Below are positions 29,443 to 37,952 of a stretch of DNA of 64,000 nt, one piece after another. Position numbers and translations under genes: made by a program. Numbering within the stretch: position 1 is the first letter of the stretch; each line of letters opens with the position of its first letter. Origin of the DNA: an uncultured Eubacteriales bacterium. GTDB lineage: Bacteria > Bacillota > Clostridia > Christensenellales > CAG-138. Below the pieces are notes generated by a model, which did not search any database, had not been told where the DNA came from, and saw only the letters and a list, made by a program, of their open reading frames with translations. The stretch covers positions 15,120-79,119 of the forward strand of contig UQXE01000003.1 in the NCBI GenBank assembly GCA_900544965.1. Reading direction: 5' to 3'.

Positions 29443-29940
29443 TTAATTAAGACGCGACGCCGCCAGATAATCCAGCAGCGCGTATACATCGTTCACGTTT
29501 ATTACGCCGTCGTTGTTAAAATCAGCCGGCGGGAGCGCGATTTCGCCTATCCCGACACTGCCGTTGCAATACTGCAATAGCAGGCTGGCGTCTGCCGCGG
29601 TGACCAAACCGTCAAGGTTCACATCTCCAACCTTGATTGGCTTAAGCAATGTTGCAGCTATATTGCCCTCCAGAATCGCGATAGCATCGCTTATCGTGAT
29701 AATCCTGTCATTATTTGCATCAGCACGGGTCTTATGAATATCGGACAACAGGGCAGCCTCGCCCTTCAAATATTTTAATATGAACAGAGCGTCGTCCGAG
29801 TTAACCGTACCGTCGAGATTTGCGTCGCCTACGGCTATCAATACTTGCGAGATTGGCGTAACAGCGCCAGCGCCAGGCGTAATGGATATAATGATTGCTA
29901 TGCAGAGTGCAAATATAAGGATATTTCTCTTCCTAAACAT
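29443..29940 (-). CDS. Secreted double-dockerin protein, paralog 5
   Basis: Start at MFRKRNILIF (GGAGG lies 8 nt upstream). Loops: GDANLDGTVNSDD, ADANNDRIITISD, GDVNLDGLVTAAD, ADFNNDGVINVND. Confidence 0.8.
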   Translation of the reverse strand: MFRKRNILIFALCIAIIISITPGAGAVTPISQVLIAVGDANLDGTVNSDDALFILKYLKGEAALLSDIHKTRADANNDRIITISDAIAILEGNIAATLLKPIKVGDVNLDGLVTAADASLLLQYCNGSVGIGEIALPPADFNNDGVINVNDVYALLDYLAASRLN

Positions 29941-29966
29941 GTTATCTACCTCCTTTAAATACAAAA

Positions 29967-30455
29967 TCACGCCGCCAGATAATCCAGCAGCGCATATACA
30001 TCGCTCATGTTTATTATGTCGTCGTTGTTAAAATCCGCAAGCGGAAGCGCGATTCCCCCGACTTCCACACTGCCGTTGCAATATTGCAGAAGCAGGCTTG
30101 CGTCTGCGGCCGTTATCAAGCCGTCAATGTTTACATCGCCGAGCCAGATTCCCTCACGCAGTCTTCGAACTACATTACCCTCTAGAATCGCGATAGCATC
30201 GTCTATCGTGATACATCTATCATTATTAGCATCTGCATAGCTCTTGTGAATATCGGACAATAGGGTAGTTTCGCCCTTCAAATACTTTAATATGAATAAC
30301 GCGTCATCCGAATTAAGCGTGCCGTCGAGGTTCGCGTCGCCCTCAATCATGAAACGTAAACGACCGCCATAATGATTAGCCATGGCCGCCGGGGCCATAG
30401 AAACCAGCATGGCAAGGCATAATAATACAGCCAACAGCTTCCTTTTCTTTAACAT
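29967..30455 (-). CDS. Secreted double-dockerin protein, paralog 6
   Basis: 162 aa. GGGAGG RBS. Signal peptide MLKKRKLLAVLLCLAMLVSMAPAAMA. Loops: GDANLDGTLNSDD, ADANNDRCITIDD, GDVNIDGLITAAD, ADFNNDDIINMSD. Confidence 0.8.
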   Translation of the reverse strand: MLKKRKLLAVLLCLAMLVSMAPAAMANHYGGRLRFMIEGDANLDGTLNSDDALFILKYLKGETTLLSDIHKSYADANNDRCITIDDAIAILEGNVVRRLREGIWLGDVNIDGLITAADASLLLQYCNGSVEVGGIALPLADFNNDDIINMSDVYALLDYLAA

Positions 30456-31040
30456 TTCTTATTTCACCTCCCTCTGTTTTTTGGGGAACGCTTACAGGAT
30501 AAACCTAAGTGCGGTTAAAATCTTGATGCAGAGATATTGCCCTTACAATAAAACAGTTATTGTCACTGCCAAAACCCGCATTACAGCAACCGGGTCCATT
30601 GGAATCCAAATTGATACTTTTTTCTATTCAGTCAAACTAACACTATATAATTGCCAATAGGTTTGGCATTAAAACCTGCTTTCTATCACCCCCCCTATTT
30701 GCTGTCCTTAACGAGATCGACGTGAGCATTGCGAAAATATGCAATGCTTCTCAAATCCTGTTGCATACCCCCGAGTATATTCAAAGATTAACATACATGC
30801 CAGTAAATGTAAATACGTTATGTATTACATATAATCATAATGTTCTCGCAAAATTTGTCGAATAAGGGAGCGTTTAGTTTAAGCGGTCTTTATTTGATAT
30901 TCAGCGCCTGCAATCATGGATTACGGGTAATGGTTCCGTTGGCCGTTTGCAGTGTTCTCGCGGCACTGAAGCGGCACTGAATATTTGACAGGCGTAATAA
31001 CTTAGTCAATGGACATTATGTAAAATTTAAACAGCATGTT

Positions 31041-31073
31041 TAAACAAAGACGGCATGGCTCTGCCGCCATGCC
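31041..31073 (-). terminator. Rho-independent terminator after jag
   Basis: The minus strand reads GGCATGGC ggcaga GCCATGCC followed by GTCTTTGTTT. It lies about 35 nt below the jag stop. Confidence 0.55.
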
Positions 31074-31105
31074 TTTGCTGCAAAAAAATTGGTTCAATCA
31101 CGCAA

Positions 31106-32236
31106 TTATATTTGTTCCTTGCTCCTCGTTCCCGTTGCGCGCCTTCTGGGCGTTACCACAACGCGCCTGTTGGGCTCCTCGCCCTCGCTGTGCGTGCTTA
31201 CATGAGGGTTGTTTTGCAGGGCTGAATGCAATATCCTTCGCTCATACGGATTCATAGGTTCCAGTGCTTTTGCCCTTCCTGACGACCTCACCTGCGAGGC
31301 TACTTTTCTGGCAAGCCCGGTTAGCGTTGCCTCCCGCTTTTTTCTATACCCCTCCGTATCAACCGTTACCCTGCGGTAACCCGATTCACGGCGGTTCTTG
31401 TTTGTCACAAGCGACGTGATATATTGAAGCGCGTCCAGCGTTTCGCCCCTGTAACCGATTAAAACTCCCTTGGAGCCGCTGTTTATGCGAATCATTAGGG
31501 CTTCCTCGTCCGCATAAGCGCTCAGTTCGCCCTCTATACCCATTAACCTTACCGTTTCAGCCAAAAACACCGCTCCCGGCTCATCCTGCGCGGCTTTTAC
31601 GCTGTATTCACGCTCTTCAGGATTGATATTAGCGGCATTGCCGAAGCTGCTTTCAGGCTTCCTGTTAGCCGGCCTGCTTCTTTCATTTTTGCGGTCTTGA
31701 CCGGACGGCCTGACGCTTTTAACGGCCCCATCACCGCTGTTTTGAAGCTCAGCGCCCTTATCAGCGCACTGGGTATTGCCTTGGGCAACGCTTTCCCTTG
31801 GCTGTTTGCGTTCCTCGGGCCTTACGTTCTGTTCGCCCGCAGGATTCGGCGCGTTCTCCAAAGTCCGCTCGGCAGCCTTTGGATGAGATTGTCGGGGCGG
31901 TATAGCCGTGTCGGCGCCCGTGCCGCCCTTATTCTGCTTTGGCCTCTCAGGTTCCTTCCTTCTTGGCTCATCCCTGCGCTCAGAAGGCCTGCTATCGCGC
32001 CTGCCGCGCTCGTCCCTGCGGGACAACACGGAAAAGTCCGGAACCTCCACTTCCTCGGCCGCCTTCTGGATAAGCCTTACAATGGCGGGTTTGGCTCCAA
32101 AGCCCAATATGCCCTTTGTCTCCTGCTTTATTATCTGTATCTCGACCTCGTCGATGGATATCTCAAGCTGCTGCAACCCCTTGAAGATTGCCTCGTCAAC
32201 GGTTTTGCCGCTGACCTCTATGGATTTCATATCCAT
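31106..32236 (-). CDS. jag: RNA-binding protein Jag/KhpB (Jag_N + KH + R3H) with a long low-complexity insert
   Basis: N-terminus MKSIEVSGKTVDEAIFKGLQQL (Jag_N). C-terminal R3H domain LEPMNPYERRILHSAL. Its start overlaps the yidC stop by 1 nt. Confidence 0.85.
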   Translation of the reverse strand: MDMKSIEVSGKTVDEAIFKGLQQLEISIDEVEIQIIKQETKGILGFGAKPAIVRLIQKAAEEVEVPDFSVLSRRDERGRRDSRPSERRDEPRRKEPERPKQNKGGTGADTAIPPRQSHPKAAERTLENAPNPAGEQNVRPEERKQPRESVAQGNTQCADKGAELQNSGDGAVKSVRPSGQDRKNERSRPANRKPESSFGNAANINPEEREYSVKAAQDEPGAVFLAETVRLMGIEGELSAYADEEALMIRINSGSKGVLIGYRGETLDALQYITSLVTNKNRRESGYRRVTVDTEGYRKKREATLTGLARKVASQVRSSGRAKALEPMNPYERRILHSALQNNPHVSTHSEGEEPNRRVVVTPRRRATGTRSKEQI

Positions 32237-33234
32237 TATTTGCCCCCTTTAACATCCGCTATGGCAACGCGCGGATATTTCTTATTGAGTATCAAATTAA
32301 TCGCTATCATTATTACATTGCTCAAAAGCCAATAGATGGCAAACGCCGCGTTATTGCTGAGACACGCTATAAAGCTTATCACTGGGAATATATACATCAT
32401 CATCTTTCCGGATTGCTGCTGCTGGGACGCCGGCTGGCCCGCCGCCTTCTGATTAGGCTGTGTCAGTTTTGAGGCCAGGAACATCGAACCTCCCGCAAGC
32501 AGCGGCAGCAGAAACCACCCGTTATTATACCCTGCGTAGAGTTCGGAAAGCGGGGCAGTAAGCTCGTTATACTTAGCTATCGCGCCCTGGCTTGCAATGA
32601 AATTCCACACCGTCTGAACTTCCCCGTCAACCACCAGGCTGCTTCTAACCGCCATACCCAGGTTTTCAAACACCGTAAGCATTTCGGGATTTGATTTAAA
32701 TAACAGCAGCCTCGGCAGGTCGGCGGTCTGCAGGAACGACTGCGCGCCCATGATGACGGGGGACATCCCGTTGTCAGCCTGCCAGATGTTATTAACCCAG
32801 AGGAACTTGAAGCTTAGGAACATCTCCTTCGCCGCGTCCATATCCGAGTTGGCCGTAAGCAGCAGCTCTACCATTTGCTCATGTCCCCAATAGCGAAACG
32901 CGTTAAAGAAGCATATGAACAATGGAAGCGTGATAAGCATCGGAAGGCAGCTGCTCCACATGCTGACCCCCGCCGTTTTCATGAGCTTACGCTGCTCTAT
33001 CTGAAGCTTTTGGGGATTATCCCTGTATTTTGAGTTGATTTTATCGAGTTCCGGCTGCAGCGCCGACATTTTCGCCGTTGATTTGCGCGTCTTTATGTCC
33101 GAAAACAGGGTCACGCCTTTAAGCACCAGCGTGCAGATAATTATGGTAAGAACGGTATGTTGAAAGGCAACATTTTGAAATATCCATTTCATACCTTCCA
33201 GAAACCAGTTTGTAAGAAAAAATGCGCCCTCCAA
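32236..33234 (-). CDS. yidC: Membrane protein insertase YidC/SpoIIIJ
   Basis: 332-aa polytopic protein. The motif region KMSALQPELDKINSKYRDNPQKLQIEQRKLMKTAGVS is typical of YidC. The start is uncertain (TTG at 33234 or ATG at 33192). Confidence 0.9.
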   Translation of the reverse strand: MEGAFFLTNWFLEGMKWIFQNVAFQHTVLTIIICTLVLKGVTLFSDIKTRKSTAKMSALQPELDKINSKYRDNPQKLQIEQRKLMKTAGVSMWSSCLPMLITLPLFICFFNAFRYWGHEQMVELLLTANSDMDAAKEMFLSFKFLWVNNIWQADNGMSPVIMGAQSFLQTADLPRLLLFKSNPEMLTVFENLGMAVRSSLVVDGEVQTVWNFIASQGAIAKYNELTAPLSELYAGYNNGWFLLPLLAGGSMFLASKLTQPNQKAAGQPASQQQQSGKMMMYIFPVISFIACLSNNAAFAIYWLLSNVIMIAINLILNKKYPRVAIADVKGGK

Positions 33235-33284
33235 GGATGCGTCCTCGCTTTCGTTTTATTCGTCTTGAGCCGGCCCCAGCCGCT

Positions 33285-33536
33285 TCAATCGCTTTTTTTA
33301 TTGTTCTTCTTTTTATACGGCCATTCGTCCGGCACTGGGTCATATCCTCCCGACATAAAGGGATTGCATCTGAGTATTCGCCTAGCGCCAAGCAAAAGCC
33401 CTCTCCATGCGCCATATCGCCGTATCGCCTCCATGGCGTACTGCGAACATGTGGGGATATACCGGCATGACGACGGCAATAGCGGCGATATAAACCGCCT
33501 GTAGCCCTCAATCAGGCCTAAAAGGATTCCTCTCAA
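33285..33536 (-). CDS. yidD: Membrane protein insertion efficiency factor YidD
   Basis: 83 aa. [31 protein letters not shown] is the hallmark YidD sequence. Confidence 0.85.
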   Translation of the reverse strand: MRGILLGLIEGYRRFISPLLPSSCRYIPTCSQYAMEAIRRYGAWRGLLLGARRILRCNPFMSGGYDPVPDEWPYKKKNNKKSD

Positions 33537-33886
33537 GCCCCGCCTCCGCCGTCTTTAATCAACGACGCGCCCTCCAGCAGATATCTTACCGAAGCCCTGA
33601 CGTCCTCAAACGCCATGTCCTTAACCGCGTCGCGCGCAATGAAGATAAGGCTATAGCCGGGCTTTAGCTCGTCCAGCATGGGAGCAAAGGCTTCCCTGAG
33701 CCGGCGTTTAACCCGGTTTCTTGTTACGCTGTTTCCAATTTTCTTGCTTACTGAGAACCCAACGCGGATTGATCCGTGACGGGCACGTTGCCATACCAGT
33801 ACCATTGCGCGGCATTTCTGTGACCTGCCCGCACGGTAAACATAACGGAATTCCTTATTTCGCTTAAGAGAAAAACAGCGTTTCAC
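33533..33886 (-). CDS. rnpA: Ribonuclease P protein component
   Basis: 117-aa basic protein. [22 protein letters not shown] (RNR motif). It sits between rpmH and yidD. Confidence 0.9.
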   Translation of the reverse strand: MKRCFSLKRNKEFRYVYRAGRSQKCRAMVLVWQRARHGSIRVGFSVSKKIGNSVTRNRVKRRLREAFAPMLDELKPGYSLIFIARDAVKDMAFEDVRASVRYLLEGASLIKDGGGGA

Positions 33887-34143
33887 TTTATCCTTTCAAA
33901 AATGTTCCTTTGTTAATAGCCTGAAGCTCAGCCTAAAACCCGGCAATTTCACCCGCAAACGACTGACCCCCAGTTTGCGGCAGCATAAGCATAAGAATTA
34001 TATGCAAAATACAGGCCGGTTGTTTCGGAAAAGCGTTCTGAAAGGCTGCAGTCCTCCGTATGCCGCCGGCTATTGAATATCCCGTTCACCGGCGGCCCTC
34101 CCCATACAATGCGGCCTCGCGCCGTAAGCCTTGTACGCTTATT

Positions 34144-34278
34144 CTAGGCGGACAGCCTTTTCCTGCCCTTTAACCTTCTGCGGGCAAGCACGTTCCTTCC
34201 GTTTTTCGTCTTCATGCGCTGACGGAATCCGTGAACCTTTTTTCTCTGCCTTTTTTTAGGCTGATAGGTATTAATCAT
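34144..34278 (-). CDS. rpmH: 50S ribosomal protein L34
   Basis: 44 aa starting at the internal Met: [44 protein letters not shown]. Confidence 0.95.
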   Translation of the reverse strand: MINTYQPKKRQRKKVHGFRQRMKTKNGRNVLARRRLKGRKRLSA

Positions 34279-34631
34279 TGTGACACACCTCGTTTTCAAA
34301 TTATGTTGATCTATGAAAAGGGCGTGTTCCAAAAGAACCCGGCCCCATTCCATGCTAAGCTGCGCGTGGGCACAAACCGACGCTTATTGATTATATCGGG
34401 TTCCTGGCAGCTAGTCAATAAAATTTAGCATTTTGTTGGCGCAATTAACGCTGAATTCTTGTTGCCGCCCCCTAATCCGTCTGGACACGTAAACGGCTGC
34501 TAAGGACCTGCACGCGTACGCAGGGGCTATGATTTACAGCGCCCAAATGTTAAACTTTATTGAATACATGTACTAGTCCTAAAAATCATGTATAATACTT
34601 GATAGATTATTGGCTTTAATTGGAGAATAAT

Positions 34632-35498
34632 ATGACTTTCCTTGTGAATTTTTTAAAGGGCGCTGTCGTAGGCGTGGCTAATATCATACCCGGCGTGAGC
34701 GGCGGAACCATGGCCGTTATAACCGGAATATATGAAAGAATAATCGGCATAATAAGCGGCCTGTTCAAGAATATAAGAAAATGGAGCGTTCTCAAAAAGG
34801 ACCTGCTTTTTCTGCTGCCCGTGATTTTGGGTGCGCTTACGGGTATCCTTCTTCTTAGCAATCTTATTAAATACCTCCTGGAATCCCACTATATGCCAAC
34901 GCTGTTCTGTTTTTTGGGATTGATTGCCGGCAGCTTGCCGCTGATATTTAAAAAAGCCAATCACAAGGGGTTTAACGGCAAATATTTAATCGGCTTTCTG
35001 GTTACGCTGGCATTAATGCTTACGCTTGCCTATTTGAGCGCCCAATCAAAGTCGATTACATCGGTGGAGTCCTTTGGCACGTCTTTGCTGGATTTCCTGC
35101 TGATCGCAATATATGGAATGATAGCCGCTACGGCCATGGTGGTGCCTGGTATAAGCGGATCCATGATAATGATGATGCTTGGAGTATATAACGCTGTGAT
35201 CGACGCGGTTTCTTCTTTGAACATTACGGTGCTGATACCCTTTATCATAGGCGCCGTATTAGGTATAGTGCTCATCTCAAAGCTGATAAAGTTTCTGCTC
35301 GACAGGTTCTATGGATATACGTATTATGTTATACTGGGATTCGTAGCCGGTTCGATAGTGTTTATCTTCCCCGGGTTTGCGTTTAATATGGACGGCCTCA
35401 TCAGCCTTGCCGCCTTTGCCGCCGGAGCGGCCATATCGTATAAAGTAAGCGCGCTGAAGCCTGCGAAGCATAACCAGACCGGCATAACCGAAAACTAG
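34632..35498 (+). CDS. DUF368-family membrane protein (putative polyprenyl-phosphate transporter, PopT-like)
   Basis: ATG at 34632 follows GGAG. Polytopic protein with a duplicated IPGVSGGTMA / VPGISGSMIM motif. Confidence 0.8.
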   Translation: MTFLVNFLKGAVVGVANIIPGVSGGTMAVITGIYERIIGIISGLFKNIRKWSVLKKDLLFLLPVILGALTGILLLSNLIKYLLESHYMPTLFCFLGLIAGSLPLIFKKANHKGFNGKYLIGFLVTLALMLTLAYLSAQSKSITSVESFGTSLLDFLLIAIYGMIAATAMVVPGISGSMIMMMLGVYNAVIDAVSSLNITVLIPFIIGAVLGIVLISKLIKFLLDRFYGYTYYVILGFVAGSIVFIFPGFAFNMDGLISLAAFAAGAAISYKVSALKPAKHNQTGITEN

Positions 35499-35852
35499 GC
35501 TTTAAGACCCCCCTTTCGTTCCATTTACCATATACACGCATACATCCGCTGCAGTCGTGTTTTACTCTGGCACGGTTTAAAAACAAAAAACTACTGGCTG
35601 AATGCGGCCGCTTCAGCTTAAACTGGCCTGAGCGAGCCGGATTTCAGGGCGCGGGCTGATCTTTTACAGTCCGATTATAATCAAGTATAATGATATGATT
35701 AAGCTGAAACCCCGCGAACTGGTAAAAAAGTATTGACGCCAAGGCGCAGCGCAGAGGCGGTTGAGAATAATATATCGTTTTGTTGTTAGCTTGAAGGGCT
35801 TTTTAAGCTTATCCATGAAAATCAGCATGTGCAGTATTGGTTTTAAAAACCG

Positions 35853-37238
35853 TCAAAACTCCCTGTCCTCCACGGCCTTGTTGTCAAACCTGGTGTACTC
35901 GCCCCTCCATATCAGTTCCACCGTTCCGGTCGGACCATTCCTGTGCTTGGCTAAGATTATTTCCGCAGTATTGTCGTCCGTTTCCTCATATACGGCGGCC
36001 CTGTATATAAGCATTACGATATCGGCGTCCTGTTCAATTGAGCCGCTCTCCCTCAGGTGCGCCATAGTGGGCTTTACCTTGTGCGCCGCCCTTGACAGCT
36101 GGGAAAGCAGCAGTATCGGAACATCCAGCTCGCGCGCAAGTATCTTGAGCGACCTGGTAAGCTCGGATATCTCCTGAACGCGGTTGTCCCCTCCTTTTTT
36201 AGTTTTCATAAGCTGGAGGTAGTCTATAACAACCATGTCAAGGCCGCTGCGCGCCTTTAGCCTTCTGCATTTTGAACGGATCTCGGCAACGGATATGTTG
36301 GCCGTATCGTCAATAAAGATCTTGGCGTCGGAAAGCGGCAGAAGCGTTTCCGCCAGTCTGATGAGCTCATCCTCGCCCGTTTCCCCCCTTCTCAGGGCCT
36401 GCATGTCTACCAGCGCCTCCGAGCTCATCAATCGTATGACAAGCTGCTCACGCGACATTTCAAGGCTGAAGATAACCACGGTTTTGTTACCTCGAAGCGC
36501 CGCGTTTGAAGCTATATTCAGCGCTAAGGCGGTTTTTCCCATCGAAGGCCTGCCCGCAACGATAACAAGGTCGCTCTTCTGCATTCCGGACGTGAGCTTG
36601 TCCAAATCGACAAATCCGGTTGGGACGCCGGTTATGCTGCCCTTAAGACGCATCATCTCGCCTATGCGGCTGTAGCTTTCATGTACGGTAGCCTGTATCG
36701 GCAGAAGCGTGTCGGCGTTCTTTCTCATGGATATGTTGAAAATGCGCCGCTCCGCGTCGTCCAGCATCGCTTCAATTTCCTTCTTGCCTTCTGACGCGTC
36801 CTTTGTTATCTCGCTTCCGGCAAACATCAGGCGCCTCATAATGCTGCGCTCTTCAACAATTTTTATATAATATTGCACGTTTGCGGACGCGGGGGTAAAC
36901 AGCGACAACTCGGTTATGTATTCTATCCCCCCCACGTTCTCGGTCTGGCCAAGACGGTCCAGCTCCTCCATAAGGGTTACAACGTCCACGACCCCGTTTT
37001 TTTTCTGTATAGCAGCCATAGCTGAAAAGATCCGGCGGTGCTGGGCCAGATAAAAATCATCCTCGCCCAGCGTCTCCGCCGCCAGATCCACCGCCTCGCG
37101 CGAAAGCATCATGCTGCCCAGCACGGATTTTTCCGCCTCTATGCTGAATGGTATCGCCTGTCTGCCGTCCTGCTGCTCCAATGCTTCATTCCTCCGTAAA
37201 ATGCGCCGGCCTAACCGCCCGCGTCCCAATTCATGCAA
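35853..37238 (-). CDS. dnaB: Replicative DNA helicase (DnaB; DnaC in Bacillus nomenclature)
   Basis: N-terminal PFSIEAEKSVLGSMML. Walker A GRPSMGKTALALN. The true start may be the in-frame TTG at 37181, which follows GGAGG. Confidence 0.95.
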   Translation of the reverse strand: MHELGRGRLGRRILRRNEALEQQDGRQAIPFSIEAEKSVLGSMMLSREAVDLAAETLGEDDFYLAQHRRIFSAMAAIQKKNGVVDVVTLMEELDRLGQTENVGGIEYITELSLFTPASANVQYYIKIVEERSIMRRLMFAGSEITKDASEGKKEIEAMLDDAERRIFNISMRKNADTLLPIQATVHESYSRIGEMMRLKGSITGVPTGFVDLDKLTSGMQKSDLVIVAGRPSMGKTALALNIASNAALRGNKTVVIFSLEMSREQLVIRLMSSEALVDMQALRRGETGEDELIRLAETLLPLSDAKIFIDDTANISVAEIRSKCRRLKARSGLDMVVIDYLQLMKTKKGGDNRVQEISELTRSLKILARELDVPILLLSQLSRAAHKVKPTMAHLRESGSIEQDADIVMLIYRAAVYEETDDNTAEIILAKHRNGPTGTVELIWRGEYTRFDNKAVEDREF

Positions 37239-37406
37239 TCGGTATGGGATATCGTAACCGCGTCCGCCGCGCCGTCCAAAGGGCAGAAAAGGCGCCGGCG
37301 GCGCCTTTTGGTATCCCTGACAGGATAGCCCTTAAAGTAAAGCCCCTTGCATTATAATAAGTTAACCGCTCAATCAGCAGCCCTTTAGCAAAGCGCTTGC
37401 ATCCCT

Positions 37407-37862
37407 CTACTCCGGCTTGGATGGAAGCACCTCTACCTTGAATTTCGCGGCCGCGTCCTCATACATGTGCGCCCTAACGTTTACAATGCCAAGGCTGCGT
37501 ATGGGTTCGTCAAGATAAATCTTCTTCTTGTCGATTTCAATGTCAAACTGTTCCTTTAATGCCTCTGAAATCTCCTTGTTGGTTACGGAGCCAAACAGGC
37601 GTCCATTTTCACCGGCCTTGGAATATACCCTCACGGTCAGGCCGCTCATGTCGTCCGCAAGTTCGCGCGCGCGCTTGCGCTGCATATCCTTTCTATGCTG
37701 GGCCGCACGCTTGCTGATGTTGGCCGCGTTTATCGACTGCGCGTCGGCGGGGATGGCTAAGCCCTTTGGAATGAGGAAATTGCGGGCGTAACCATCGCTT
37801 ACGTTTACAATGTCGCCCGCCTTGCCGCTGCCTTTGACGTCCTGCTGCAATAGAACTTTCAT
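37407..37862 (-). CDS. rplI: 50S ribosomal protein L9
   Basis: 151 aa. MKVLLQQDVKGSGKAGDIVNVSDGYARNFLIPKGLA. Confidence 0.95.
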   Translation of the reverse strand: MKVLLQQDVKGSGKAGDIVNVSDGYARNFLIPKGLAIPADAQSINAANISKRAAQHRKDMQRKRARELADDMSGLTVRVYSKAGENGRLFGSVTNKEISEALKEQFDIEIDKKKIYLDEPIRSLGIVNVRAHMYEDAAAKFKVEVLPSKPE

Positions 37863-37952
37863 TGTGCGTATCCTCCTTTAATATAGTAATCGTAGTTTAA
37901 CATATGAGTCAAGCCCCTGACCGCTCCCTTGAGTTTTGAGCTGACCTGTATA

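Noticed and set aside
34279-34631. oriC / DnaA-box cluster next to rpmH.
   Set aside because: No TTATCCACA or close variants were seen on either strand, and there is no dnaA gene nearby. This was checked only by eye.
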